NCBI GenBank assembly: GCA_038237345.1
Contig: JBBRYU010000001.1
Location: 375-64,374 of the forward strand
Length of the DNA: 64,000 nucleotides
Origin: Pyrinomonadales bacterium
GTDB taxonomy: Bacteria > Acidobacteriota > Blastocatellia > Pyrinomonadales > Pyrinomonadaceae
Direction: 5' to 3'
Shown in pieces: positions 25,325 through 33,674 of this stretch. A model generated the notes under the pieces. It was given only the letters and a program-made list of their open reading frames with translations, was not told the origin of the DNA and did no database searches. Position numbers and translations under genes: made by a program. How positions within the stretch are numbered: position 1 is the stretch's first letter; each line of letters opens with the position of its first letter.

Positions 25325-28300
25325 ATGCGCCGTAGATGGCTTGCCCTTCTACTCTGTCTCGCAGTGTGTCTCGTCTGCGCCGTCCGCTTCGTCGCCGCCG
25401 ATGACAACACGCTGCGCGTCAACGAAACCGCCACGCAGATTCTCTTCAGCGCCGAGCAAACGAGCGTCACGCTCGCCGTTGCGAACGACACGGGCCGCGC
25501 GTTGGGCGTGCGCCTGCGTGTCGAGTTGCTCGACACGCACGACGTTGTGCGCGCCGCCGCTACGCGCGCCGAACAACTAAGGGCCGGCGCGAATCGCGTG
25601 CCCGTCGTGCTCAAGCCGTCGCTGCTCGCCACGCTCAACGACAGCGAGCGCAAACTGATCTTGTGGTATCGCCTGCGCTACACCGTCACGGCCGATACCG
25701 GCACGCCCGTGCTGGCCGCGGGCGTCATCTCCGTCAATCAACTCGGCACGCCCGATCTGTTCGAGTTGCACGTCGCCGCGCCTGAGTACGCGCGCGAGGG
25801 ACAAACTATCCGCGCGCGTGTCCGGGCCGCGCACCCGCTGACGGGGCAACCCGCGCCCGGCGTCAACGTCGCCGGCGAGTTCACCTTCGACGGCCCCGCC
25901 GGCGACGATGTGGAGTTGAAGGCGGCGAGCGTGACCGACCCGGAAGGTTATGCCGCACTCAACTTCGTGTTGCCGCGCAACGTGGCTGCTGATGAAGGCG
26001 AGTTACAGATCACGGCGCGGCGCGGCGACTTCGCGCAAGCGGCCGCGCAGGACATACACTTCGATCATCACGCGCAAATTCTAATCAGCACCGACAAGCC
26101 GCTCTATCAACCGGGGCAGACCTTGCACGTCCGCGCGCTCGTCTTCACACCGGCCAAGCGCGCGCTCGCCGCCACCGAAGCGATGCTAACGATCAGCGAT
26201 CCGGAGGACAAGACCGTCTTTCGCGCGCCGCTTAAAACGTCGCGCTTCGGCGTCGCCAGCGTTGACTGGACGCTGCCGGAGAACACACGCCTCGGCGATT
26301 ACCAACTCAACGTGAAGATCGAAGACGGCCGCTACGAAGACTCCGAGAATCGGGCGACGATTCGCATCAGCCGCTACGACTTGCCTAACTTCGCCGTGAA
26401 CGTGAAGCCCGACCGGCCTTATTACCTGCCGGGGCAAAACGCGGCGGAGGTCGAAGTGCGCGCCGATTATTTATTTGGTGAACCGGTCAAGCGCGGGCAC
26501 GTGCGCGTCGTGCGCGAGACCGGGCGCAAGTGGAATTATCGCGAACAGAAGTGGGACATTGATGAGGCGGAAAAGTGGGAAGGCGAGACGGACGACGCGG
26601 GTCGCTTCGTCGCGCACGTCAAGCTAACAGCCGCGCACGAAGATTTTGCCGACGAGAATTATTCCCGCTTCCGCGATCTCTCCTACGCCGCCTACTTCAC
26701 CGACCCGACCACCAATCGCACAGAGCAACGCCGCTTCGACCTGCGCCTGACGCACGACGCCATACACGTCTACGTGATCGAAGGGCACGAGCGGCAAGCG
26801 CAGGATTTGCCGTTCGAGTTCTACGTCTCGACCTCTTACCCCGACGGTTCGCCGGCCGAGTGCGCCGTCGCGCTGCGCCAACCTGTGGCCGAAGCGGACG
26901 AGCAGGACAAAGACAAGCAAGCGGCGGACAGTGCGCCCGCGTTGCGTACCGTGCGCACGAACAAATATGGCGTAGCAAAGGTGACAGGTCTCGTGCTGCC
27001 GCGCCGTGTGGCAGCAGACGCAGAGGATGTCAGTCTCCGTTTCGTGGCGCGCGACGACAAAGGCATGACGGGGCGGCACACGCAACAGTTCTATCCGACG
27101 AATAATCCGGTCATCCGCGTCGCGACCAACAAGGCGCTCTACCGGCCGGGCGAGCCGTTGGCGGTCGAGATCACGGCCAACCGGCCGGAGTTGAAGTTGG
27201 TCGTGGACGTGGCGCGCGACTTCAAAATGCTGCGCTCCGAGTTCGTGCAACTGCACGACGGCCGCGCTACGTTGACCTTGCCCACCAACGCTGAATTTCA
27301 CGACGAGATCACCGTCGCGGCTTACACGTTCGCGCGCTTGAGCTATGACGACAACGATGACGCTTACGTGAAAGGCTGGCGCACAGTCCTCTTCCCGCGC
27401 AGGCATGATCTGCAACTCGACATGAAGTTGAGCAAAGACACGTATCAGCCGGGCGAGGCGGCGCACGCCGACTTCCGTGTGCGCGACGGCGCGGGGCGCG
27501 CGACCGAGAGCGCGCTCGGCATCGTCGTTTTCGACAAAGCGGTGGAAGAGCGCGCCCGCACCGACGGCGAGTTCGGCACGAACAGCTTCTACAATCTCTA
27601 TCGCTACTGGCACGGCACGAACGCGCTCGCCGGCATCGCGCGCGGCGATCTCAACCGGCTCGATCTCGCGCAACCCTTGCCTGCCGGTCTCGATCTCGTT
27701 GCCGAGATACTGCTGCGCGATGAAGGTCTCGCGCCGCAACTATTCGGCGGGCTTGATCTCAACGTGAACGAGAGCGCAGTCTTCGACAAACTCGTGGCGG
27801 CCCAACTCGCCGCGCTACGGCAGATACTCGAAGGGCAATACGTCGCGCAGGCGCTCTATCCGGCGGACGCGGCGGCCATGCAGCGTCTGCTGTCAACGTG
27901 GGGCTTCGACTTCGCGGCGTTGCGCGATCCGTGGGGCACGCCCTTTCGCGTGCGCTTCGCGGTCGCGCGCGAGAACGACGTGCTCGAAATAGTCAGCGCG
28001 GGCGCGGACAAACGTTTCGACACGGCCGATGATTTCGTCGCCACGCGCCTCCTGCGCCCCTACTTTCGTTTCACCGGCGAAGCGATCAATCGCGCCGTCG
28101 CACGCTTCCACGCGCGCACCGGCGCATACATCCGCGACGCCGCGACGCTCAAGAGCGAGTTGGCCCGCGAAGGCATAAACCTCGACGCGCTGCGCGATCC
28201 GTGGGGCCAGCCTTATCGTTTAAGCTTCAACGCGGCGGGCAAACTCTATCTCGTCGGCGTGGAGAGCGACGGCCCCAACGGCAAACTCGATCCCACGAAT

Positions 28301-31300
28301 GACCCGCACGCCGACGACTTCCACCTCTGGACGGCGCAGATCGATTACAGCACAGACCTGCGCGCCCGGCTCGACACGGCGCTCGCGCGCCACTTCGATG
28401 TGACCGCGCGCTTCCCGCAAGACAAGCCGGAGTTCGAGGCCGCGCTTGCACGCGCCGGTCTGGCCGCAAGCGCGCTCAGCGATCCGTGGGGTCATCCCTT
28501 CTACGTCACGTTCCGCCAGAACGCGCGCTACGCCGACCGCGTTGTCGTCCAGTCTTACGCACAATACGGGCAGCAACCGAAAGAGCGCACGGAGATCACG
28601 CCCGTCACCCAGACCGTCAACTTCATAAACCTGCGTAGCGCCGGCCCCGACGGCCAAGAAGGCACTTGGGACGACTTCGACGTGGCCACCATCTTTCGCA
28701 TCATCACCGAGCAAGGGGCGCAGGACAAGACGCCGCAGCCCGCACGCACGCCTGTCCAACTGACCGGCGGCAGTGGCGCGATCCACGGCACAATCACCGA
28801 TCCGGCCGGCGGGGCTGTTCCGGGCGCAACCGTGCAGGCGACGCACAAGTACAGCGGCCAAGTTTTCAGCGCGACGAGCAACGACGACGGTACGTATCTT
28901 GTGCGCAATCTGCCGGCCGGTTTTTATTCGGTCGCCGTTTCGTCGCCGGGCTTCAAGAACACGGTCATCACGGAAGTGCCCGTGCAGGCGGCGAACCTGA
29001 CGCAACTCGACGTCAGGCTCGAAGTCGGCTCGGTCTCTGAGGCCGTGACAGTGATGGGCGGGCAGAGCGGACTCGTAGAGACTTCAAGTACGTCGATCTC
29101 CAGCCGCCAGATAACCGAGTTGCCGGTGAATAGCAGAAATTACGTTAACCTTGCAATGCTCAAGCCGGGTATACATGTCGTGACCAAGCCCGGCGCAGAG
29201 ACCGCAACGCCGCGCCTACGCGAATACTTTCCCGAAACGCTGCTCTGGCAGCCGTCGCTCGAAACTGATCGCCGCGGGCGCGCACAACTCGACTTCAAGC
29301 TGGCCGATAACATCACGACTTGGAAGTTGTCCGTCTTCGGCTCGACTGCCGATGGCGAGGTCGGCGCGGTCGAGCGCGAGGTGCGCGCCTTCCAACCGTT
29401 CTTCGTCGAGCATGATCCGCCGCGCGTCTTGACCGAGGGCGACGAGATCATGCTGCCCGTCGTGCTGCGCAACTATCTCGCACGCGCGCAGCAAGTCGCC
29501 GTGCGGATGCAGCCCGCCGACTGGTTCACGCTGCTCACCGCCGCCGAGTTGCGTGCGCAAGTTCCTGCGGGCGATGCGACGCGCGAGATTTTTGGCTTCC
29601 GCACCGTCGCATCTGTCAAAGACGGCAAGCAGCGCGTCACCGCCATCGGCGCGGACGCGCGCGACGCGATTGAAAAGCCGATCAGCGTTCACCCGGACGG
29701 CGAAGAGATCGCGCAGACAAGCGCGCAACTGCTTGGCGCGAACGGCGTGCTCGAAACGGACGTGCCGGCGAATGCCATCCCGCGCTCCGCGCACGCAGAG
29801 TTGAAGCTCTATCCGAATTTGCTGACGCACGTGATCGAAAGCGTCGAAGCGATCCTTGTGCGCCCGCATGGTTGCGCCGAGCAGACGCTCTCTTCGACGT
29901 ATCCGAGCCTGCTCGTCTTGCGCCATTACAAATTGCTGCATGGCAACGCCGCGCAGTTGCCGCCCATCGCCGTCAAGGCGGATAAATATTTGCGCGCGGG
30001 CTACGACCGCTTGCTCTCTTACCGCGCGCCCGGCGGCGGCTTCTCTTACTGGGGACGTGGTGAGGCGGATGTCGCGCTCACCGCCTACGCCGTCCGCTTT
30101 CTCGAAGACGCGCGCGAGTTGCTGCCGATTGACGAAGACGCGCTGCAAGCGGCGCGCACGTGGCTCGTCGCGCAACAACAAAAGGACGGTAGCTGGCCCG
30201 CTTACGAGGGGGACAAGAAGCGCTCCGACCGGCGCACGCTGCTGCTCACGGGTTACGTTGCCCGCGTGTTAGCACGCCACAAGGACGAAACGGCCGCCAA
30301 CAAAACGCAGACGCAAACACCCGCGCCAACGCCAACGGCCGGCAATGATCCCGCGCCTGCGCCGCAGCCGACCGCGTTGCAACGCGCGCTCGACTTTCTC
30401 GCGCCGCATCTCGACGAGATTGACGAGCCTTATTTTATCGCGGCTTACACCATCGCGGCCGTAGATGCCAATGCGCCGCCTGCCGCCATCGCCAAAGCCA
30501 CGGCGCGTCTGCGCACGCTCGCCAGACGCGAAGCGGATGGAAGCTATTGGGCGCTTGAGACGAACACGCCGTTCTACGGTTGGGGTCTCGCCGGGCGCAT
30601 CGAGACGACCGCGCTGGCCGTACAGGCGCTCACGAAAGCAGTAGGCAGTGGACAGGCAGAACAAGGCGACTCGCTGCCCGTTGATGATCTGCTCGCGCGT
30701 AGCACTATCTTCCTGTTGCGCAATAAGGATCGCTATGGCGTCTGGCTCTCGACACAGGCGACCGTCAACGTGCTCGATGCGCTCGTCGCGCTCTCCCCCA
30801 CACGCGGCGCGGGCACAACAGACGGCCCTGCGGCCGTCGTGCCCGCGTCGCGTGCCGCCACCGAACCGGCTGAAGTCTTCGTCAACAATCAACGCGCCGG
30901 CACGTTGCTCTTGCCCGCAGACGAGCGGCTTGATGCGCCGCTCACGCTCGACCTCACGCGCTTTCTCACGCCGGGGCAGAACCGGATCGAGATCAAACGC
31001 ACCGGCACGGGCAAAGCTTTCGCGCAGGTGGTCACGACCTACTACGTGCCGTGGCCGCAGTCTGCGGGCGCGGCGGCAACGCACCATGCCGCGCCGCAGT
31101 CGGCGAGCGCGCTCCGCCTTGCGATCAACTTCGACAAAGTTAAAGCGATGACGGGTGAAGAGGTCGCGTGTCGCGTTGAGGCCGAGCGCGTCGGCTTTCA
31201 CGGTTACGGGATGCTGCTCGCGGAGATCGGTCTGCCGCCGGGCGCGGACGTGGATCGCGCGTCGCTTGAGCGGGCGATGAAAGAGTCGGGCTGGGAATTG

Positions 31301-31519
31301 AGTAGCTACGACGTGCTGCCGGATCGCCTCGTCGTCTATCTCTGGCCGCGCGCGGGCGGCACGCAGTTCACATTCACCTTCCGCCCGCGCTACGGGCTGA
31401 GCGCGCAGACCGCGCCGTCAGTGCTATACGACTATTACAACCCGGAGGCGCGCACCATCTTAGCGCCCACGAAGTTCAACTTTAACGAACGCGCACGGAT
31501 AGAACAGGCGCAGCAGTAG
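25325..31519 (+). CDS. alpha-2-macroglobulin family protein (2064 aa) with an intact thioester motif, three GspG-like inserts and a CarboxypepD_reg-like domain
   Basis: Start at MRRRWLALLLCLAVCLVCA (ATG 25325, GGAGG upstream). MG-domain-like N-terminal half. Three DPWG-containing units at about 27850-28680. IHGTITDPAGGAVPGATVQA...DDGTYLVRNLPAGFYSVAVSSPGFK at about 28780-29010. The thioester box GCAEQT has its CAEQ codons at 29873-29884. Confidence 0.85.
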   Translation: MRRRWLALLLCLAVCLVCAVRFVAADDNTLRVNETATQILFSAEQTSVTLAVANDTGRALGVRLRVELLDTHDVVRAAATRAEQLRAGANRVPVVLKPSLLATLNDSERKLILWYRLRYTVTADTGTPVLAAGVISVNQLGTPDLFELHVAAPEYAREGQTIRARVRAAHPLTGQPAPGVNVAGEFTFDGPAGDDVELKAASVTDPEGYAALNFVLPRNVAADEGELQITARRGDFAQAAAQDIHFDHHAQILISTDKPLYQPGQTLHVRALVFTPAKRALAATEAMLTISDPEDKTVFRAPLKTSRFGVASVDWTLPENTRLGDYQLNVKIEDGRYEDSENRATIRISRYDLPNFAVNVKPDRPYYLPGQNAAEVEVRADYLFGEPVKRGHVRVVRETGRKWNYREQKWDIDEAEKWEGETDDAGRFVAHVKLTAAHEDFADENYSRFRDLSYAAYFTDPTTNRTEQRRFDLRLTHDAIHVYVIEGHERQAQDLPFEFYVSTSYPDGSPAECAVALRQPVAEADEQDKDKQAADSAPALRTVRTNKYGVAKVTGLVLPRRVAADAEDVSLRFVARDDKGMTGRHTQQFYPTNNPVIRVATNKALYRPGEPLAVEITANRPELKLVVDVARDFKMLRSEFVQLHDGRATLTLPTNAEFHDEITVAAYTFARLSYDDNDDAYVKGWRTVLFPRRHDLQLDMKLSKDTYQPGEAAHADFRVRDGAGRATESALGIVVFDKAVEERARTDGEFGTNSFYNLYRYWHGTNALAGIARGDLNRLDLAQPLPAGLDLVAEILLRDEGLAPQLFGGLDLNVNESAVFDKLVAAQLAALRQILEGQYVAQALYPADAAAMQRLLSTWGFDFAALRDPWGTPFRVRFAVARENDVLEIVSAGADKRFDTADDFVATRLLRPYFRFTGEAINRAVARFHARTGAYIRDAATLKSELAREGINLDALRDPWGQPYRLSFNAAGKLYLVGVESDGPNGKLDPTNDPHADDFHLWTAQIDYSTDLRARLDTALARHFDVTARFPQDKPEFEAALARAGLAASALSDPWGHPFYVTFRQNARYADRVVVQSYAQYGQQPKERTEITPVTQTVNFINLRSAGPDGQEGTWDDFDVATIFRIITEQGAQDKTPQPARTPVQLTGGSGAIHGTITDPAGGAVPGATVQATHKYSGQVFSATSNDDGTYLVRNLPAGFYSVAVSSPGFKNTVITEVPVQAANLTQLDVRLEVGSVSEAVTVMGGQSGLVETSSTSISSRQITELPVNSRNYVNLAMLKPGIHVVTKPGAETATPRLREYFPETLLWQPSLETDRRGRAQLDFKLADNITTWKLSVFGSTADGEVGAVEREVRAFQPFFVEHDPPRVLTEGDEIMLPVVLRNYLARAQQVAVRMQPADWFTLLTAAELRAQVPAGDATREIFGFRTVASVKDGKQRVTAIGADARDAIEKPISVHPDGEEIAQTSAQLLGANGVLETDVPANAIPRSAHAELKLYPNLLTHVIESVEAILVRPHGCAEQTLSSTYPSLLVLRHYKLLHGNAAQLPPIAVKADKYLRAGYDRLLSYRAPGGGFSYWGRGEADVALTAYAVRFLEDARELLPIDEDALQAARTWLVAQQQKDGSWPAYEGDKKRSDRRTLLLTGYVARVLARHKDETAANKTQTQTPAPTPTAGNDPAPAPQPTALQRALDFLAPHLDEIDEPYFIAAYTIAAVDANAPPAAIAKATARLRTLARREADGSYWALETNTPFYGWGLAGRIETTALAVQALTKAVGSGQAEQGDSLPVDDLLARSTIFLLRNKDRYGVWLSTQATVNVLDALVALSPTRGAGTTDGPAAVVPASRAATEPAEVFVNNQRAGTLLLPADERLDAPLTLDLTRFLTPGQNRIEIKRTGTGKAFAQVVTTYYVPWPQSAGAAATHHAAPQSASALRLAINFDKVKAMTGEEVACRVEAERVGFHGYGMLLAEIGLPPGADVDRASLERAMKESGWELSSYDVLPDRLVVYLWPRAGGTQFTFTFRPRYGLSAQTAPSVLYDYYNPEARTILAPTKFNFNERARIEQAQQ

Positions 31520-31580
31520 CTCAACCACGTGACAGAGTCAAGTCTAAGAAGCTGTTTGCAACAGTCCCGTGAGGGACGGA

Positions 31581-31707
31581 ATGTTTATAGTCTAAGGCGC
31601 TTGGTTAGCAACTTAGCTCCGTAGGAGCGGCATGTCCATATTCCGCTCCTACGGAGCTTGGTAGTTAGCAGGCCGGTCGGCTACAAACATCTCGCTCCTA
31701 CGGAGCT
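31581..31707. repeat. cluster of three copies of a short palindromic unit (core GCTCCGTAGGAGC / GCTCCTACGGAGC)
   Basis: agctccgtaggagcgg (31615-31630) and ccgctcctacggagct (31643-31658) form a perfect 16-bp stem. A third copy, cgctcctacggagct, lies at 31693-31707 and is preceded by ctacaaacat. The inverted atgtttatag is at 31581-31590. A separate gtccc-gtga-gggac hairpin is at 31564-31577. Confidence 0.5.
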
Positions 31708-31789
31708 AAGAATTTGCACATATCTTCTAAATTTGGCCTGGGCTGATTGACACTGTTAAGCTAAGCCCAATCTCAAAAGGAGGTGTTGC

Positions 31790-32818
31790 ATGCGTCTGAC
31801 CGAGATGGTCGCCTGCGCGGGTTGAGCGGCGAAACTCGCGCCGAGCGATCTCGCCCACGTGCTGGGCGGCTTGCACATTCCAAAGTCTGCCAATCTGCTT
31901 GTCGGCATCGAGACGGCGGACGATGCCGGCGTGTATCTGCTGCGCGACGACCTCGCGCTCGTGCAGACCGTGGACTTCTTTACGCCGATTGTTGACGACC
32001 CCTACGACTACGGCCGCATCGCCGCGCTCAACTCGATCAACGACGTGTGGGCCATGGGCGGCACGCCGATTACCGCGCTCGCTGTCACTTGCTTCCCGAA
32101 AAAAGGTCTCGACTTTGCGATCCTCGGCGACATCATGCGCGGCGGCTTGGACGTGTTGACGGAACACGGCGTCGCCCTCCTCGGCGGGCATAGCGTGGAC
32201 GACCAGCAGATCATGTTCGGCTACGCCGTCACCGGCACGATCCACCCGCAACGGATCATTACTAATCGCGCCGCGCAAGTCGGCGACGTGATCATTTTGA
32301 CGAAGCCCATCGGCACGGGCGTCATCTCGACCGGCATCAAATTCGGCAAGGCGAGTGAGCCGGTAATGCGCGCGTCGCTCGACACGATGCTGCTGGCCGG
32401 GCGTGAGGCGGCGGCGGCGATGCAAGAGTTCGGCGCGCACGCGGCGACTGATGTGACGGGCTTCGCGCTGCTCGGTCATGCGTGGGAGTTAGCGCATGCC
32501 AGCAACGTCACCCTTGAACTTGAGGCGGCGCGCGTGCCGCTCATCAACGGCGCGTTGGCGTTAGCCGCGCAAGGGTTGTTGACGAGTGGCGACAAGACGA
32601 ATCGGCGCTATGTCGGCGACGACGTGCGGTTGGGTGATGAGATCAGCCCGGCCGTAGGCAACCTGCTCTTCGACCCGCAGACGGCCGGCGGCCTTTTGAT
32701 CTCCGTCGCGCCGGAGCGCGCCGACGCACTGCTCGCGCGCCTCAGTGAGCGTTACAAGGACGCAAGTATCATCGGGCGTGCGGTCGCGCGCGGCACGCAT
32801 GCCATCGTAGTCAAATAA
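31790..32818 (+). CDS. selD: selenide, water dikinase with an in-frame UGA (selenocysteine) at 31823-31825
   Basis: AAAGGAGG then ATG at 31790. Reads [30 protein letters not shown] and runs in frame into track ORF 31859-32818 (AIR-synthase-like body DDAGVY...[15 protein letters not shown]). The UGA aligns with the catalytic Cys, and a Lys lies at +3 as in the GCGCK loop of E. coli SelD. Confidence 0.85.
31840..31870 (+). other. candidate SECIS-like stem-loop downstream of the selD UGA
   Basis: GCCG/CGGC plus AGCG/UGCU pairing with a GGG bulge and a 12-nt loop, 17-47 nt after the UGA. Found by hand folding only. Confidence 0.3.
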
Positions 32819-32820
32819 TT

Positions 32821-33657
32821 ATGCACGAACAAAACTTCGCTCAAACGGAAGCACCGGCGGAACAACAGATAGAGATGCCGCGTGTCGCCTCCCCGCGTCG
32901 CCGCGTGGCGTCGCTGATACTTAAACTCAGCATCTGCCTCGTCTCATTGCTGACGCTGCTCGGCGGCTCGCTCGGTGAACATTTCTACCAGCCTGAAGCT
33001 TTTAACGATGCTCTCAGTGCGCCGTTGGCACAGCAGAGCAAGCCCGCGCCCAAAGCCACGCCCACCACCGCGGACAAGCTTGACCGGCCAGTCAGCGAGC
33101 CTTACACGGGCGACCTGTCGATCTTTGAAGACCCGAAGCGCGCGGAGCGGTTGCAGATCGAGCGTGTGATGGACTTGTTACAACTCAAGGAGGGCACAAG
33201 CGTCGCGGACATCGGCGCAGGTTCCGGTTGGTTCACGGTGCGGGCGGCGCGGCGCGTCGGCAGCGCGGGCGCGGTCTATGCCGTCGAGATCAATCAGGAC
33301 TATCTCAAGCACATCGCCGCCCGCGCCGCGCAGGAGAAGTTGCCGAACATACGCCCGGTGCTGGGGCGCGAGGACGATCCGCTCTTGCCGCCTGCGAGCG
33401 TCGATGCCGTGTTGCTCTTAAAGACTTATCACGAGATCGCGCAGCCCGTCCGCCTGCTCCGCAACCTGCGCCCGGCGTTACGCAAGGGCGCGCTCGTCGG
33501 CATCATTGATCGCAACGGCAAGGGCGATGATCACGGGCTGGATGTGGGCGTGGTGCTAAAAGAGTTCGAGCGCGCAGGCTATGAGCGCGTGGCGCAGTAC
33601 GACTTCGTCAAGCCGGACAAGATGGACTATTTTTTGATCTTCCGCGCGCGGAGTTAA
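32821..33657 (+). CDS. class I SAM-dependent methyltransferase with an N-terminal membrane anchor
   Basis: ATG lies 2 nt after the selD stop. TM helix LILKLSICLVSLLTLLGGSL. SAM motif I VADIGAGSGWFTVRAA, followed by VYAVEIN. Confidence 0.8.
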   Translation: MHEQNFAQTEAPAEQQIEMPRVASPRRRVASLILKLSICLVSLLTLLGGSLGEHFYQPEAFNDALSAPLAQQSKPAPKATPTTADKLDRPVSEPYTGDLSIFEDPKRAERLQIERVMDLLQLKEGTSVADIGAGSGWFTVRAARRVGSAGAVYAVEINQDYLKHIAARAAQEKLPNIRPVLGREDDPLLPPASVDAVLLLKTYHEIAQPVRLLRNLRPALRKGALVGIIDRNGKGDDHGLDVGVVLKEFERAGYERVAQYDFVKPDKMDYFLIFRARS

Positions 33658-33674
33658 TGGGCTGTGGCTCGAAG

